Source of the DNA: Neoechinorhynchus agilis
Taxonomy: Eukaryota > Animalia > Acanthocephala
DNA length: 64,000 nucleotides
Assembly (NCBI GenBank): GCA_051530055.1
Contig: CM121342.1
Coordinates: 2,514,797 to 2,578,796 of the forward strand
Direction: 5' to 3'
In this document: positions 12,415 to 23,374 of the stretch, in pieces
Layout of the letters: each line of letters opens with the position of its first letter
Position numbering within the stretch: the first letter of the stretch is position 1
Position numbers and translations under genes: made by a program
The notes under the pieces: model-generated
What the model was told of the DNA's origin: nothing
Seen by the model: only the letters and a program-made list of their open reading frames with translations
Databases searched by the model: none

Positions 12415-12830
12415 TTAGAGTTGATGACGAATCTGGTGTGGATGACGGATCCGCGGTGGATGACGGATCCGGAATGGTGGATGACGAATCCGGAGTTGAC
12501 GATGGATCCGGAGTGGATGAAGGATCCGGTGTGGATAAGGGATCCGGAGTGAATTACGGATCCAGAGTGGATGACGAATTCGGAGTAGATGACGGATCCG
12601 GTGATGATTACGGATCCGGAGTGGTTTACGGATCCGGTTTGGATGACTGATCCGGTTTGGATGACTGATCCGGAATGGATGTTGGATCCGAAGTGGATGA
12701 CGAATCCGGTTTGGATGACCGATTCGGTGTGGATGACGGATCCGGAGTGGGTGATGGATCCAGAATGGTGGATAACGAATCCGGAGTGGATGAAGGATCC
12801 GGAGTGGTCGATGGCGGATCCGGAGGATAA
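12415..12830. repeat. 18-bp minisatellite (GTGGATGACGGATCCGGA)n, ~22 units, coding-like
   Basis: Units vary mostly at one codon position and indels are 3 nt. Reads VDDGSG on plus or PDPSST on minus. Confidence 0.9.
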
Positions 12831-12914
12831 GGTGCATTTGAATGCTGGTTTATCATTGGAAGATTTACACTTTTGTTCTCTTGTTTAATGAACATTTGCG
12901 TTTTCTTCGCTCAT

Positions 12915-13018
12915 GGATAAAACACATTTTATTGAATCGAAATATTTCGCGAGAAAGCCTCGTCGGTCAGGCGTAGCTTTTCGCGAAATATATCGATTCA
13001 ATAACATATATTTTATCC
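12915..13018. mobile_element. Short palindromic mini-element, centrally deleted member of the PLE-derived family
   Basis: ggataaaa...ttattgaatcgaaatatttcgcgag / tcgcgaaatatatcgattcaataa...ttttatcc; shares the GAAATATTTCGCGAG motif with the larger copies. Confidence 0.7.
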
Positions 13019-13131
13019 AGTCTCCAACTCTATCATGATTATCTTTCTTAAATGATTGCATTTTGTGTACTTTAATTTTTTATCCCATTAAACAATGAAA
13101 AACACAACTCATAACAATACAAATATTCTTT

Positions 13132-13392
13132 TTAAAACGCTCTATTTGTTCGACTCTTACGAAACTCTAAATCTGTGGGGTTCAGAACATCACTTGCTTT
13201 CACATCGTATTTTGAATTTCTGCGAAAAACTTGCAGCCAGAGAATCCCAATGAGCATTATCGCGATCGCTAGTGTCACAAACGCGGATAAAGCGATTCGT
13301 TTTTGAAGATGAAAAGGATCCGTTGTGGGGTAGGGCATAGGAGTCGATGTCGAATCATCATACATCGAGTCGTGGTATGATTCCATTTTCAC
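13132..13392 (-). CDS. Exon or small gene for a single-pass membrane protein, unknown function
   Basis: Ser/Thr/Pro-rich segment, hydrophobic IALSAFVTLAIAIMLIGILWL, then a basic stop-transfer RRNSK. Confidence 0.45.
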   Translation of the reverse strand: MKMESYHDSMYDDSTSTPMPYPTTDPFHLQKRIALSAFVTLAIAIMLIGILWLQVFRRNSKYDVKASDVLNPTDLEFRKSRTNRAF

Positions 13393-14162
13393 CGTGTTTA
13401 TATCTGATTTTGGTTATATTGAACGTCGTTGTCATGGGAATTATCTTTACAAGGCGATTGCGCCTCGTTCTGAAGAAAAACAGACGAAACATTATTGTTT
13501 GCCAGTCATATTAAAATTATAATGGGACTTGGCGCTAATTGCCAAATCAATTAATCATTCACATTGTCTAACCTGAGTAAAAATGTGATCCGCCCATTTT
13601 TTGCCATGCTTACACGACTATCCCGTGATTGCGTTCAAATGAAAAATTGATTTTTTATTTGTAGAGGTTAATTTTTGTTCATTTTCGCGATTAATTGAGA
13701 TCTTAGATCGGTTTAAAATTTTGAAAGTGGCCAGAAAACAGGAATGTTACAATTAAAGCAATTATTAGAAAATTGTCATCTACATCGACATACACTTTAA
13801 ATGCAATTAAATAATGTTATAAAATGAAATGTGATTGATCTTTTATTAAAATTGCAAAAAAGTTGAAGTTGTCTTGATTTAAGTATACGCTAAATATTTA
13901 ATTGTTTGCATCTAGCGTAAAAATTAAAATAATTTATTGATTCCAATATTTCGGCCCGTACTTTGTGTATTAACACTTCAACATCCTTGTTAGAGGCACA
14001 AGATTGTGCCTTCGAAATACAGGAACCAATAAATTCTTTTAGTTTTTACGCCAGATGCAAAGATGAATAATTTCATCATGAAACAAATAATTAATTGAAT
14101 GAATTTGACAAAAGTTATGGCGTTTCTTCGCAGTCTAAAAATCAAATTGCATTTTCCATCCC

Positions 14163-14290
14163 TACGTTTCGAACCTTTCAACTGGTTCATCATCAGTTTA
14201 TAATTTATAAAAAAACACGCTGATGATGGATGAGCAAGACGAGGTTCGAAACGTCTCTAATAAAAATTTCTTTACCGAGTGAAGACGTAC
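14163..14290. ncRNA. Head-to-head pair of family-2 minimal hammerhead motifs (PLE tails)
   Basis: Minus 14196-14163: CTGATGA T GAACC agttgaaa GGTTC GAAACGTA. Plus 14220-14255: CTGATGA...GGTTC GAAACGTC followed by AATAAA. Confidence 0.65.
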
Positions 14291-15001
14291 AAAGCTCACA
14301 TTATGACATTGAAAAATCGATTTATCTTTAAAACTATCAAAAACAACAGATCTCAACATAAAGTCGTGGCATTTCAAAGGGCAGTTTAAACATCGTCACA
14401 TTGAGCGCATTCCATAATAATGTAAGTTGACTGACCAACCAAACCTCTGATTGACATGTATGTTCGTTGCTAAAGTAGAATTCCTCATCTGCGATTTGTA
14501 AAAGTTGTTGAGTGAGCATTATATCGATAAAGATTGCAACAACAACAACAACGACTGGCCTAGTATCCGGAAACTAGGCCAATTAATTTTTATAACTCAT
14601 TATATGGCATCATGTGGTCGCTCAAAATCTTGCATCTGGTTTTCAAGGTACTGGGATTAACAGTCTTTTATGACAACTTATTTTAGCAAGAAGGCGTATC
14701 GGAGTGATTGATTGCATTATTAAAGGCGGTATTGTACTTAGTGTGATTTACTGCGATTTTTGTTAAGCGATTTATAACAGCCTCTTGTGCAGCCAATAAA
14801 CATACGCGCACGCACGCGTTTTGTTAGTACGATCTATCAATAATTCTAAAGAAATATATTTTATGAATATTAAAACTTTTCTCTTAATTCATGATTTCCT
14901 GTCGTCCAATGAGTTTTGTACAAATACAATTATTTAAAAATATCGATATGTAAGGTACCGGGGAATCAGTTTGTTTGTTAGTAGCGCCTATTACTAACAA
15001 A

Positions 15002-15080
15002 CTGACGATGAACCCGGCGAGGTTCGCTGAACGTCTTTAATCGAAATAATCATTTACCACGGGTGTAGACTTCTAAACAA
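15002..15080 (+). ncRNA. Decayed family-2 hammerhead/PLE tail
   Basis: CTGACGA T GAACC cggcga GGTTC gctGAACGTC; downstream sequence resembles 14255-14290. Confidence 0.5.
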
Positions 15081-15194
15081 TAATTACTTATTCTAAAGGA
15101 AAAAATAAAAGTGTTGCTCGGGTGTTTTGCTTAATTTTTTTAACCAATCAAAAAATGTGGTGCAATAAAATTCGCATTGTGTTATATTTTCGCT

Positions 15195-15340
15195 CCAGCA
15201 GCTTCCTATTGTAGCGAATCAGCACGGCGATCCAACGCGGCAATGCCGCGGCCATCAAGAAAGCTGCCGAATAATCAGGACAACAGTTGCAGAATTGGAC
15301 GAAAAGGAGGAATTTGTGTACGAAAATAATAGCTACTTTT
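15195..15340 (+). mobile_element. 3' fragment of a CRE-clade non-LTR retrotransposon
   Basis: Translates SFLL*RISTAIQRGNAAAI, the conserved C-terminus also seen in the 18530-20280 element. Confidence 0.75.
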
Positions 15341-15484
15341 CTTTTACCTCAGAAATTAAACTTATCGGATTATTATTTATATCAATCATACAACCATAAT
15401 CGGAAATCCAAATGGGGTAAGCATATAATAATTTTGAGTGATTCGTGAACTGCTGAAAAAATTAACTTAATCTTAAATAGGAAA

Positions 15485-16243
15485 ATGTCTCGAAAAGACA
15501 GAAGAATACGTTATTGGCGAACAAAACCATTGTCTCTATTAAAGTGAACAAATGGCGTTTCACCCTATAATAAATCTTCGGCGACCACGCTCTTTTTTTC
15601 AGAGAAGAATTATTTCTTAGCTTTATCTTACAGTAACAATGAGAATTCGATACGATAGGTTTGAGAGCTTTCCGTAATGAAGAATTTGAGGGGAAAATGA
15701 AAAAATTAAAAACTGAAACCGATGCTGAGATTGTTTGCGTCAATCGTGGTGGTCTCTGGACGTTTCATGGACCCGGTCAATTGATAGGATATCCACTTTT
15801 ACGGCTTCATCGACGTCGATTGAGCAATATTGATTACGTGGAGACTCTTGGAAAGATCGTGATTGACGCAGTTGAAAATGTTGGCCTTTCTGGATGCTAC
15901 GCTGATCTTGAAAAGGCACGACTCGGCGTCTATAGTCGAGATGGAAAGAAAATTTGCAGTATTGGAGTTCATTTACGTTCAGGAATATCTATGCATGGAT
16001 TCGCATTGAACGTAGCCACAAATCTTGATTATTTCTCAAAGATTGTCCCATGTGGATTAGTGGAGCTCTGATTTTAGTAGACATTAAAAATCACGGTTCA
16101 TAAGTGACGTTGAAATGAGTAGTCTTAAAACCGAAGGAATCACCCGATCGATCGACGAAGTGACTCAATTGATTGAACAAAGTTTTGAAAAGCATTTTCA
16201 ATGTGATTTAAGGACTGAAATTGACAATAAAGGAGAGTCTTAA
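15485..16243 (+). CDS. LIPT2: Octanoyltransferase LipB/LIPT2 homologue; 5' part unresolved, possibly damaged
   Basis: RGGLWTFHGPGQLIGYP, KICSIG, HGFALNV and IVPCG; last exon SDVEMSSL...FEKHF. No clean frame found upstream of TIGLR. Confidence 0.75.
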
Positions 16244-17139
16244 CTTTGAACGCAATCTTCTTTTAAGGTCCAGAAGTGTTAATTATGCGAAAATACTGCC
16301 TTTAAGAGATAAAAACGGCTTTTCTTTAGACGAAATCATGATGATCGTTTGGTTTAAAGTTTTCTGCGTTGCTGTCTTCATGGCCGGACAAAGTCATCAC
16401 TTGGCGAATGCACGGAGATTTTCGTATAACTATAATTTAAGCAAATGATCCACATAGCGCTTTGTATTCCGAGATCCTAGATTTTGTCATCAAAAGTGAA
16501 GAACGCTGACACTAAGCATTGACTGAGAAAGCATTTATTTATAATTGCAAATAATATCATTTCTCCAAAATGATTTTTTTTATAAAACAGCTAAAAAATT
16601 ACCTTGAATCGCTCATCTTTTGTATTCAGATGCGAAAGGTGATAGAAGAGGCATAGGAGACAAAATAACGGCGATTTCATAGTATCCCTAAAATTCTGTT
16701 CCTTCGAGTGGATTTGTATTCTCAATGGCGAAAACACTTTAACAATACTTGAGGAGGCTGAGGCCTTGAAAATTCGCAATGAAGATTTCAATAAAACTCG
16801 TGTGTATTACAAATCGCCATTGAGAATAATCCCTAAAATCTGTTGAACTATAGTTAACTTTGCCTAAATTCACGATAGACATAGAATGCAGATTCTTTAC
16901 ACTATACAAAAGTTGCGACTATATTTCTAACTGCCACTATGTTTTAAACTCTCAGAATTTTTAGATGCAATGAATTTAATCGTTGTGTTTTCAAACTTTT
17001 TACAGATTGTTGGATTTTAGGAAAACAGTTGTTATTTTAAGAATTTGTTGAAATTTTTAATTCTAGGTAATGCGTGCTGATTCCAAAACTGTTTCTATAT
17101 TCGTAATAGTTAATTATTTATTACGTAGCCTCAAACAAT

Positions 17140-17790
17140 ATTTTAGTTCGCATAAACACAGGGTCTTACGACATCTTTTTTTGAGCCTCGCGGCTCGTCG
17201 GAAGCGGTCAGCCGCACTCGAAGGAACAGGGCCAACCCTCTTATGGGGCCAATGAGTGATCTCAAAGCCTGATCCCACCCTTCCAGCAGCCTCGAACCCC
17301 CGTGGAACTCAGTGGATTTGAACCATCGACATACCGAGCGCATTTTGAACGCGCACACCAGCTATAATGGGCCTCGAGTTCAATCACAATTAGTAGTTCA
17401 AATGCGGCATTCTAATTCAGCGAGCAGGATCTAAGAAGAAGACTGATTCTTGAGGCCATTCACATACGGTTAAATGCGGACGATGAAGGCAATATATCAA
17501 ACTTCACTCCGGTGCTATCGAAGTTGCGTAGTATGACGAACAAAATAGTCGGCAACAAATCGCAGGAGGTGTGTGCGAATCGAAACCCCCACACTTCGGG
17601 TATTAACAAAACCGCGGATCTGAGCTACATCCAGACGTGACCGGACGTGTGTGCTGTCTATATCGTCTCCATTTTAGATAGAGACTGAAGAGGCAAGGAA
17701 AACCTTGTGAAATATTTCTCAAATAAATGAGTAACGACAACACCAGGGACAGGATTCGCCAACGTACAATCAAATTCACCCCGAGGACAA
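17140..17790 (+). mobile_element. Penelope-like element 3' remnant (GIY-YIG C-terminus + terminal repeat)
   Basis: QDLRRRLILEAIHIR matches the PLE endonuclease end; followed by a hammerhead motif and AATAAA. Confidence 0.75.
17681..17720 (+). ncRNA. Minimal hammerhead ribozyme in the PLE terminal repeat
   Basis: GAGA-CTGAAGA-G-GCAAGG aaaa CCTTGT-GAAA-TA-T-T-TCTC: stem I GAGA/TCTC, 6-bp stem II, palindromic ATAT in place of stem III. Confidence 0.75.
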
Positions 17791-18529
17791 TGATATATCA
17801 CAAAATTGTTTTATCGTTTCTTTAAACTAATGGAATTCATTTGCCACTTAAAATCCGATATTTCAGCAAATTTGTATGCCTTCATCAAGGTCCAAAATAC
17901 ACACCTAAAAAGATGGATAACATGTTCCATATAATTGTTTGGTTATCACTGTCTTGAAATAACAAAACTTTTTGAGCCATAAATACATCATGTAATTAGA
18001 CTGTAAATGTAGATACTTCTTAATCTTCAATTTAGATGAATTAAACTGTCACTTTATGTATCCTCTCGATATTGAAAGTGTCCAATAGTAGTGGTTGATT
18101 GGCTTATGGAAAACTTGTTTAATTGAATTATAAAATAAACGAAAGCATTATTGTTTGCACGTTCTTTTGATTTAGAAATATAAAAAATACATAAATTTGT
18201 GCTATAAAGCGTTTCTCATTGGAATTAATTGTTATTCATGCAGTTCATCGATCCACTATGAGAAGCAAAGTGCATAAATCCAAGTGTTTCGCTAGTAAAA
18301 TATCAAAGGAAGGCTGCCCGAAAAAATAAAGCCGAATTCTTGAGCGAGTTCATTCATTGGTGGCAATAAATCTACTGACCGTGTACTCACGATTAGTGAA
18401 CATCATCGTCAGTTTAAAACGAGGTGAAACCTACAAAAGTTCGATCGTCAAAATCTCTGGGTGATATTTTGTGTACTTGGGCCAAAATACCTGCCTTTGG
18501 TTGGTGGAAAATGGTGATTTGGAATGGCA

Positions 18530-20280
18530 AAAGGTTTTTTTTACTTACAATATGGGATCTATTTGGTTACTTTTCTTTACATTCACCACCTCCCACCAAA
18601 TTCCAGCTTTTGTCCTTCCTCGACCGTCGCCATCACGCTGGCAGCATTGCCCCGTTGTACTGCCAGCGAGATATTTTGTCGAAGAAATAAGCCTGCTCTT
18701 GAGTCTCCGGTTGCCTCTCTCAATTTCTTCGAGAGATCCTTGAGCAGAGAGAGTGCCGAGCTGCCGAGCGCTCCATACGTCTCTACCCCAAAGGGGACAA
18801 AATAGTGAGCCCTCGATAGCTGCATATATTTTCGTACCTTCCTCCCTTCCGCTGCACTGGCGGCACCACCGGCGATTTCGAGGGAGTAGGGGATGTTGCT
18901 GGCTGCGAGGGTGTCCACACACGTGGCGTCCCAGAGAAGGCATTTGCCCTCCCGCCACGGGAAGACCGAAATTCCATCGGGCCTACGGCCGTCTAGTCTG
19001 CAGAGGTGGGCGGGTTCCAGGATGTTCGGGAAGTTCGCCGTTCTCAACGCCCGAGAAATTACGTTATTGATTTCAGAATGGCGTGAAAACCTTCCTGCTG
19101 ACCTTCTGCAGACGAGACCGTGTCGCCCGAAAGCATCAACCAAAGACCCACATCGACAGCGATGGGGCGTGCATATCGGGAGACCGAGTCTTAAGGATAC
19201 TGCGATCCTCGTCACCTCGTCAGTAAGAAGAGTTCCCACAGATGCCAGAGGAACAGCCTCCAACCACGCCCCAGATTCTCGTGTTGAAACTGCCAACAGT
19301 CTAGCTCGGACGACCCCATCGCGAGAACCTGAAAGAAGAGAGCTGTGAGCTCTCGCGACAAGAGGTCCGTCCCAGATCGACTGTCTGAGGCCATTCACGG
19401 GAACTTGGTTAGCGCCTGTCTGCTGGCACCATTCCTCAACCGCCACCACGAAATCCCGGTCAAGACAAAACTTTTCTTTCAAAATGTTCTTCGAGACTGG
19501 TAGGCTCCCCTCAAACGATCCAAGAAAGGCCGGCAAAGCAAGGTCGACTAGTGCCCGAATTCCCAATCCCCCAGATGACACAGGCAAAGAAGCTTGTCGC
19601 CACGCCTCATCTGAGAGCTGGACATTTAAAATACGCTCGAGGCAAGCCCTCACCTTGCCGTCGAGCTTAGCCAATCCTTCCTTATGTTTGAAAAATGTTG
19701 CTGTGCGAACCTTGTACAGTAATTTGGGGATGAAGAGCGCGTTCTTTATGAGAAACAAGGCTTCATGAGCCGAGAGAGCACTCACCCTATCGCACAGCAA
19801 CGAAAGTTTCGGTATGATATGGCCGATCTCATCTTCCACATTTGAATCGAAGACGCAACTGCCCAGGAGGCTGAGTTGCTCCCGAGTCACGAGTTTCAGG
19901 CCTGGAGCTACGGCCTCGAATCCAGCCATTAGTTCTTTGACTTTGGCGGCGTCTCCAATATTCAGTACAAGGAGCTCACATTTTCCAGCATTAAGCTCAC
20001 TCCCTAATCAGCGTCTCCAAATCGCGCAGTACAACGGAGGGATCACCTCCGAGCGTAGCGTCATCCAAGTACCAAGCGTTGAAGCTGGAATGGAGAGAAT
20101 GCGCTATTGGGTTTACTGTTAGGGAGAATCCGATTGGACCGAGGGGATCTCCTTGCTGCACTCCTCTTTCGGACCAAATGAGGTGGTCTTCGAAAAGCAA
20201 AGGAATCGCCGTCCCGTAGGCATTGAGAAAATACTGGAAGGCTTCTGGTGCGTGATCCCTAATTGCGCGGAACGTGGGCT
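18530..20280 (-). mobile_element. 5'-truncated CRE-clade non-LTR retrotransposon (RT + restriction-like endonuclease)
   Basis: GVQQGDPLGP, WYLDD, GGLGI, CRC..DAFGRHGLVC zinc knuckle, RPDG, DATCVD, PFGVETYG and QRGNAA. One deletion/frameshift near 19997. Confidence 0.92.
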
Positions 20281-21199
20281 TCAGGAAAAGGCCACATGCG
20301 GGTGAAAAGGCCCAATGAAGGATGACTCCGGAAAGTAAACTCTGCATCGGGAGCATAAAAACTATTCGTAGGTTTAAAGACTGAATAACTTTGCTCCATC
20401 TTATACACGAAACTGAGAAATGGCGTCGGTGAATGACATTAAAGCATGGCGAGTTGCTGAATTTGACAATCGCTATTAAGATGACCATATTACGGACAAT
20501 GCGAATCGGAAATTTATGCTTGAAAAGAGAAACAGTTAAACTATTTCAAATGAAAGTCGATTTTGCTTATTTGAGGGAGCAATAAAACGTGTTGTTCTCA
20601 AAAATGTACTACATTGAACCACGGAGTTTGATTGCCATTACGATTTTACAACAAACACAGTTCAAAAACAATTGAACGGAAACAATAGTTGGGAACTCGC
20701 GTCCAAACCTCGACTTCTTACGATTGTATTCATTCAGATAGAGACAAGTTAACTTAACAGGAAAAGAGCAAAGAATATACAAGATTTCCTGAGTCCAAGA
20801 GAAACAGAAGATCGCGTTTAAACAGAAATTAAAGATAAGGAAAATGACACCAAGATTTAATATATCGAACAAACAAAATTGTTTCAAAAATAGAAATCAA
20901 TAAAACATTCGATGCTGTAAGGCGATCTGTTCTCTACAGAGTTATAGAGTTCTTTAAACTTGAAAAAATCTAGTCCTTAAGGATAAAGTAAAAAGGGAAT
21001 CTTTTAACCACGAAGTAGATCTCAATCATACTATTTTTTTCCTAAATCTGGCCTATTAAAGATAGGTTTTTCGACTATACCTCTAAAAAATTGGACGATT
21101 CATTTTATGTTATGCAATTTATTATTTTTTGTAAAATCCTCCAACCCAGTGAATCCGAAATAAACAAGTAGAGTTCACTTTGATAAATCAACGGAATAT

Positions 21200-21780
21200 T
21201 TTTCCTAGCAGGCGTATTCAAATCGCGCGAATCTACAAGTTTACCCAGCAGAGGAAGATATTCGGTCAATTGACTAAGCTATTCTTCTATTAAAATCGAT
21301 TGAGAGCTTAAGCCTATTGTGCGCAGGAGGCAGTACCGAAGAAATTAGCGCACTCGCGGCAGATCTTGTCATTGACGGATTGAACTGCTACCAGGACAAA
21401 GATGCGTTACTGATGCATCGATTAAAGCAACCAAGAAATCGTGTCAAACAAAACTCTGAACCTGGGGATGGAAGAGATATCCAGGAAGGTTTCCATCAGC
21501 CACCCATCCAACAAGGAATGAGGCTTCTTAGAGTACTGTTGAAAGATAAAAGGCAAAACATCTCTAAGGAGCAAATAAGGTGACCAGTAGGAGGGACAGC
21601 TCCAATTTGTGTTGAAAAGCACAATTTTCTACACTCAACACGGCCTGAGACTTCAAGAATAAATCAGCAAGTGTAAAAATCAAAATAGCTCCTGATCTAG
21701 TAAGTACGTCGAAGTGATAACACTTTCGAACGAAGGCTTTCATCAACACAAATGTGTCTAAAATGGTAAGCAAAAAACCG
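21200..21780 (+). pseudogene. Possible decayed hAT-like (DUF4371/ZMYM1-type) transposase fragment
   Basis: Weak motif resemblance only (DGLNCYQDKDALLMH; KSTIFYTQHGLRLQ); many stops. Confidence 0.3.
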
Positions 21781-22121
21781 TTGAATGACTGACCTTGGCC
21801 TTTTTTTCATAAATTTCATCGATTTTAGCCATTTACCACTACCGCCGTTCACTCTTGGGAGGAAAGATATCTAAAGACTTTAAGAACAACCGTCTTGTAG
21901 TTCAACAAAACGGCTCAACATTCACATTTTCACTGATGAAGACCGAAGAAATACGACCGCCGTGATCTTTAAATCTTCATCGACCAGAATTAGACAAGCG
22001 CACATACAAGCAATTTGGTCATGAGATAAATAGCTATTAGCCATTTAAAGCGGATCAAAACGATTTCTATTCGATATGAAGTTCATCCGATTTCACGAAT
22101 CCAAACTAATAATAATGACGA

Positions 22122-22631
22122 TGACAGCAAAACGAATTGATGGTTCGACGGAGCCGGATGTGAGCAAGATGGAAAAAATAAGAGATGTTATGCGTGTAAA
22201 TGTTCGTGTAGAAGACCAAAGAGTATCCACATGATTGAAAACAAATATAATCACGGCATCATCCGCAAAGAAACCATTAAATAAGGTCATCTCGATAATT
22301 GGTGCTCAAATGGAAGATATAATTCCTAAGAATCTTGACACTGGAAAGGAGCGAACATGGTGTAGAACGGTCACCAAAGAAGGCTGATCAAGGAAGCCCT
22401 TCTCTTTTGCATTGTTGAGATTATTAAGAATTTCGTCTTCAATCTCAGCAACCTTTACCGGCATCACCTTATTTAATGGTTTCTTTGCGGATGATGCCGT
22501 GATTATATTTGTTTTCAATAATGTGGATACTCTTTGGTCTTCTACACGAACATTTACACGCATAACATCTCTTATTTTTTCCATCTTACTCAAATCGGAC
22601 TCCGTTGAACCATCAATTCGTTTTGCTGTCA
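22122..22631. repeat. Inverted duplication of coding sequence: 169-bp arms, 172-bp spacer
   Basis: 22122-22290 is the reverse complement of 22463-22631 with ~7 substitutions, one creating a TGA in the copy. Confidence 0.9.
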
Positions 22632-22750
22632 ACGCACAGAGTGAAGCGTAGCTTCGGAAATTGATGTTCGGGGCATCCAGTAAACTGGTACTTTTGTAAG
22701 CAACAAAGCTGACTATAAACTCAGTCTGTGAGTCCCACCGGATAAACTAT
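22306..22750 (-). CDS. Exon of an unknown protein, source of the inverted duplication
   Basis: Open frame of ~145 codons from an AATAG acceptor to the stop at 22306; no recognised domain. Confidence 0.4.
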
Positions 22751-22871
22751 TTGACAATGCTTCTTTTAAATTGTAGATTACCTGAAGAATGTTAACGAAA
22801 AGGCCGGAAATTTTAAAGATAAATCTATTTCTGAATTAAACATCGCTAATTGAAACTCATGCAGGAATGTC

Positions 22872-23374
22872 TTGAAAATGGAGTCGTGCCGGACTGCGTT
22901 AGCGTCAGGAAAGGTATTATTGGATTTCAAAGTTCAAAGAAACAACTGGAGATTGAGAAAAGATAATGAAGTTCGCTATAAGAAATGCTCGATATCGAAT
23001 AAGTGTAGGGTAGCGAGGACAAGGCGGTGCCGGGAATGGTTGATAAGGACTATGGATGCGACAGATATCAGATTTTTGGAGAACTGCATTAACGAACAGT
23101 GCAGAGGACACGAAAAACGGATCAGTCTAAACTGAGAATTGTGCTTGTGTCTCCTACCAATAACAGTGTGGAAATGTTGGATATTCGGCCTTTTGACAAT
23201 GATAGAGTGAAAGGATTTAAGAATCGGCAGTTTACGTCGGTGCTCAATTGGTTCGAAGATCCGAGAGGTTATTGGGAAGTACAAGTATTTAATTCCGATC
23301 AATATGGCTCATTCGAAGTGCATAAGATAGATATGATGTTGATCGGTGTCAATGGAAATCCTTTAAAAACATGA
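22872..23374 (+). pseudogene. Proprotein convertase (furin/kexin) P-domain fragment
   Basis: KLRIVLVSP..RPFDND..GFKNRQFTSVLNWFEDPRGYWEVQV matches the P-domain pattern. The upstream region is frameshifted and no catalytic domain is visible. Confidence 0.6.

Noticed and set aside
12415-12837. 140-aa His/Arg-rich ORF (HPLRIR)n
   Set aside because: None of the consensus codons in this frame is one substitution from a stop, so openness is expected by chance; variation in this frame is non-synonymous.
16337-16448. Small secreted peptide precursor (MMIVWFKVFCVAVFMAG...RRFSYNYNLSK)
   Set aside because: Only a short hydrophobic ORF with a dibasic site; no family motif or other support.
17852-17919. 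C/D-box snoRNA in the duplicated 68-mer (TTGATGA...CTGA on minus)
   Set aside because: The boxes are only ~16 nt apart and there is no terminal stem.
18424-20122. Several overlapping ORFs on both strands
   Set aside because: Shadow frames of the GC-richer CRE retrotransposon.
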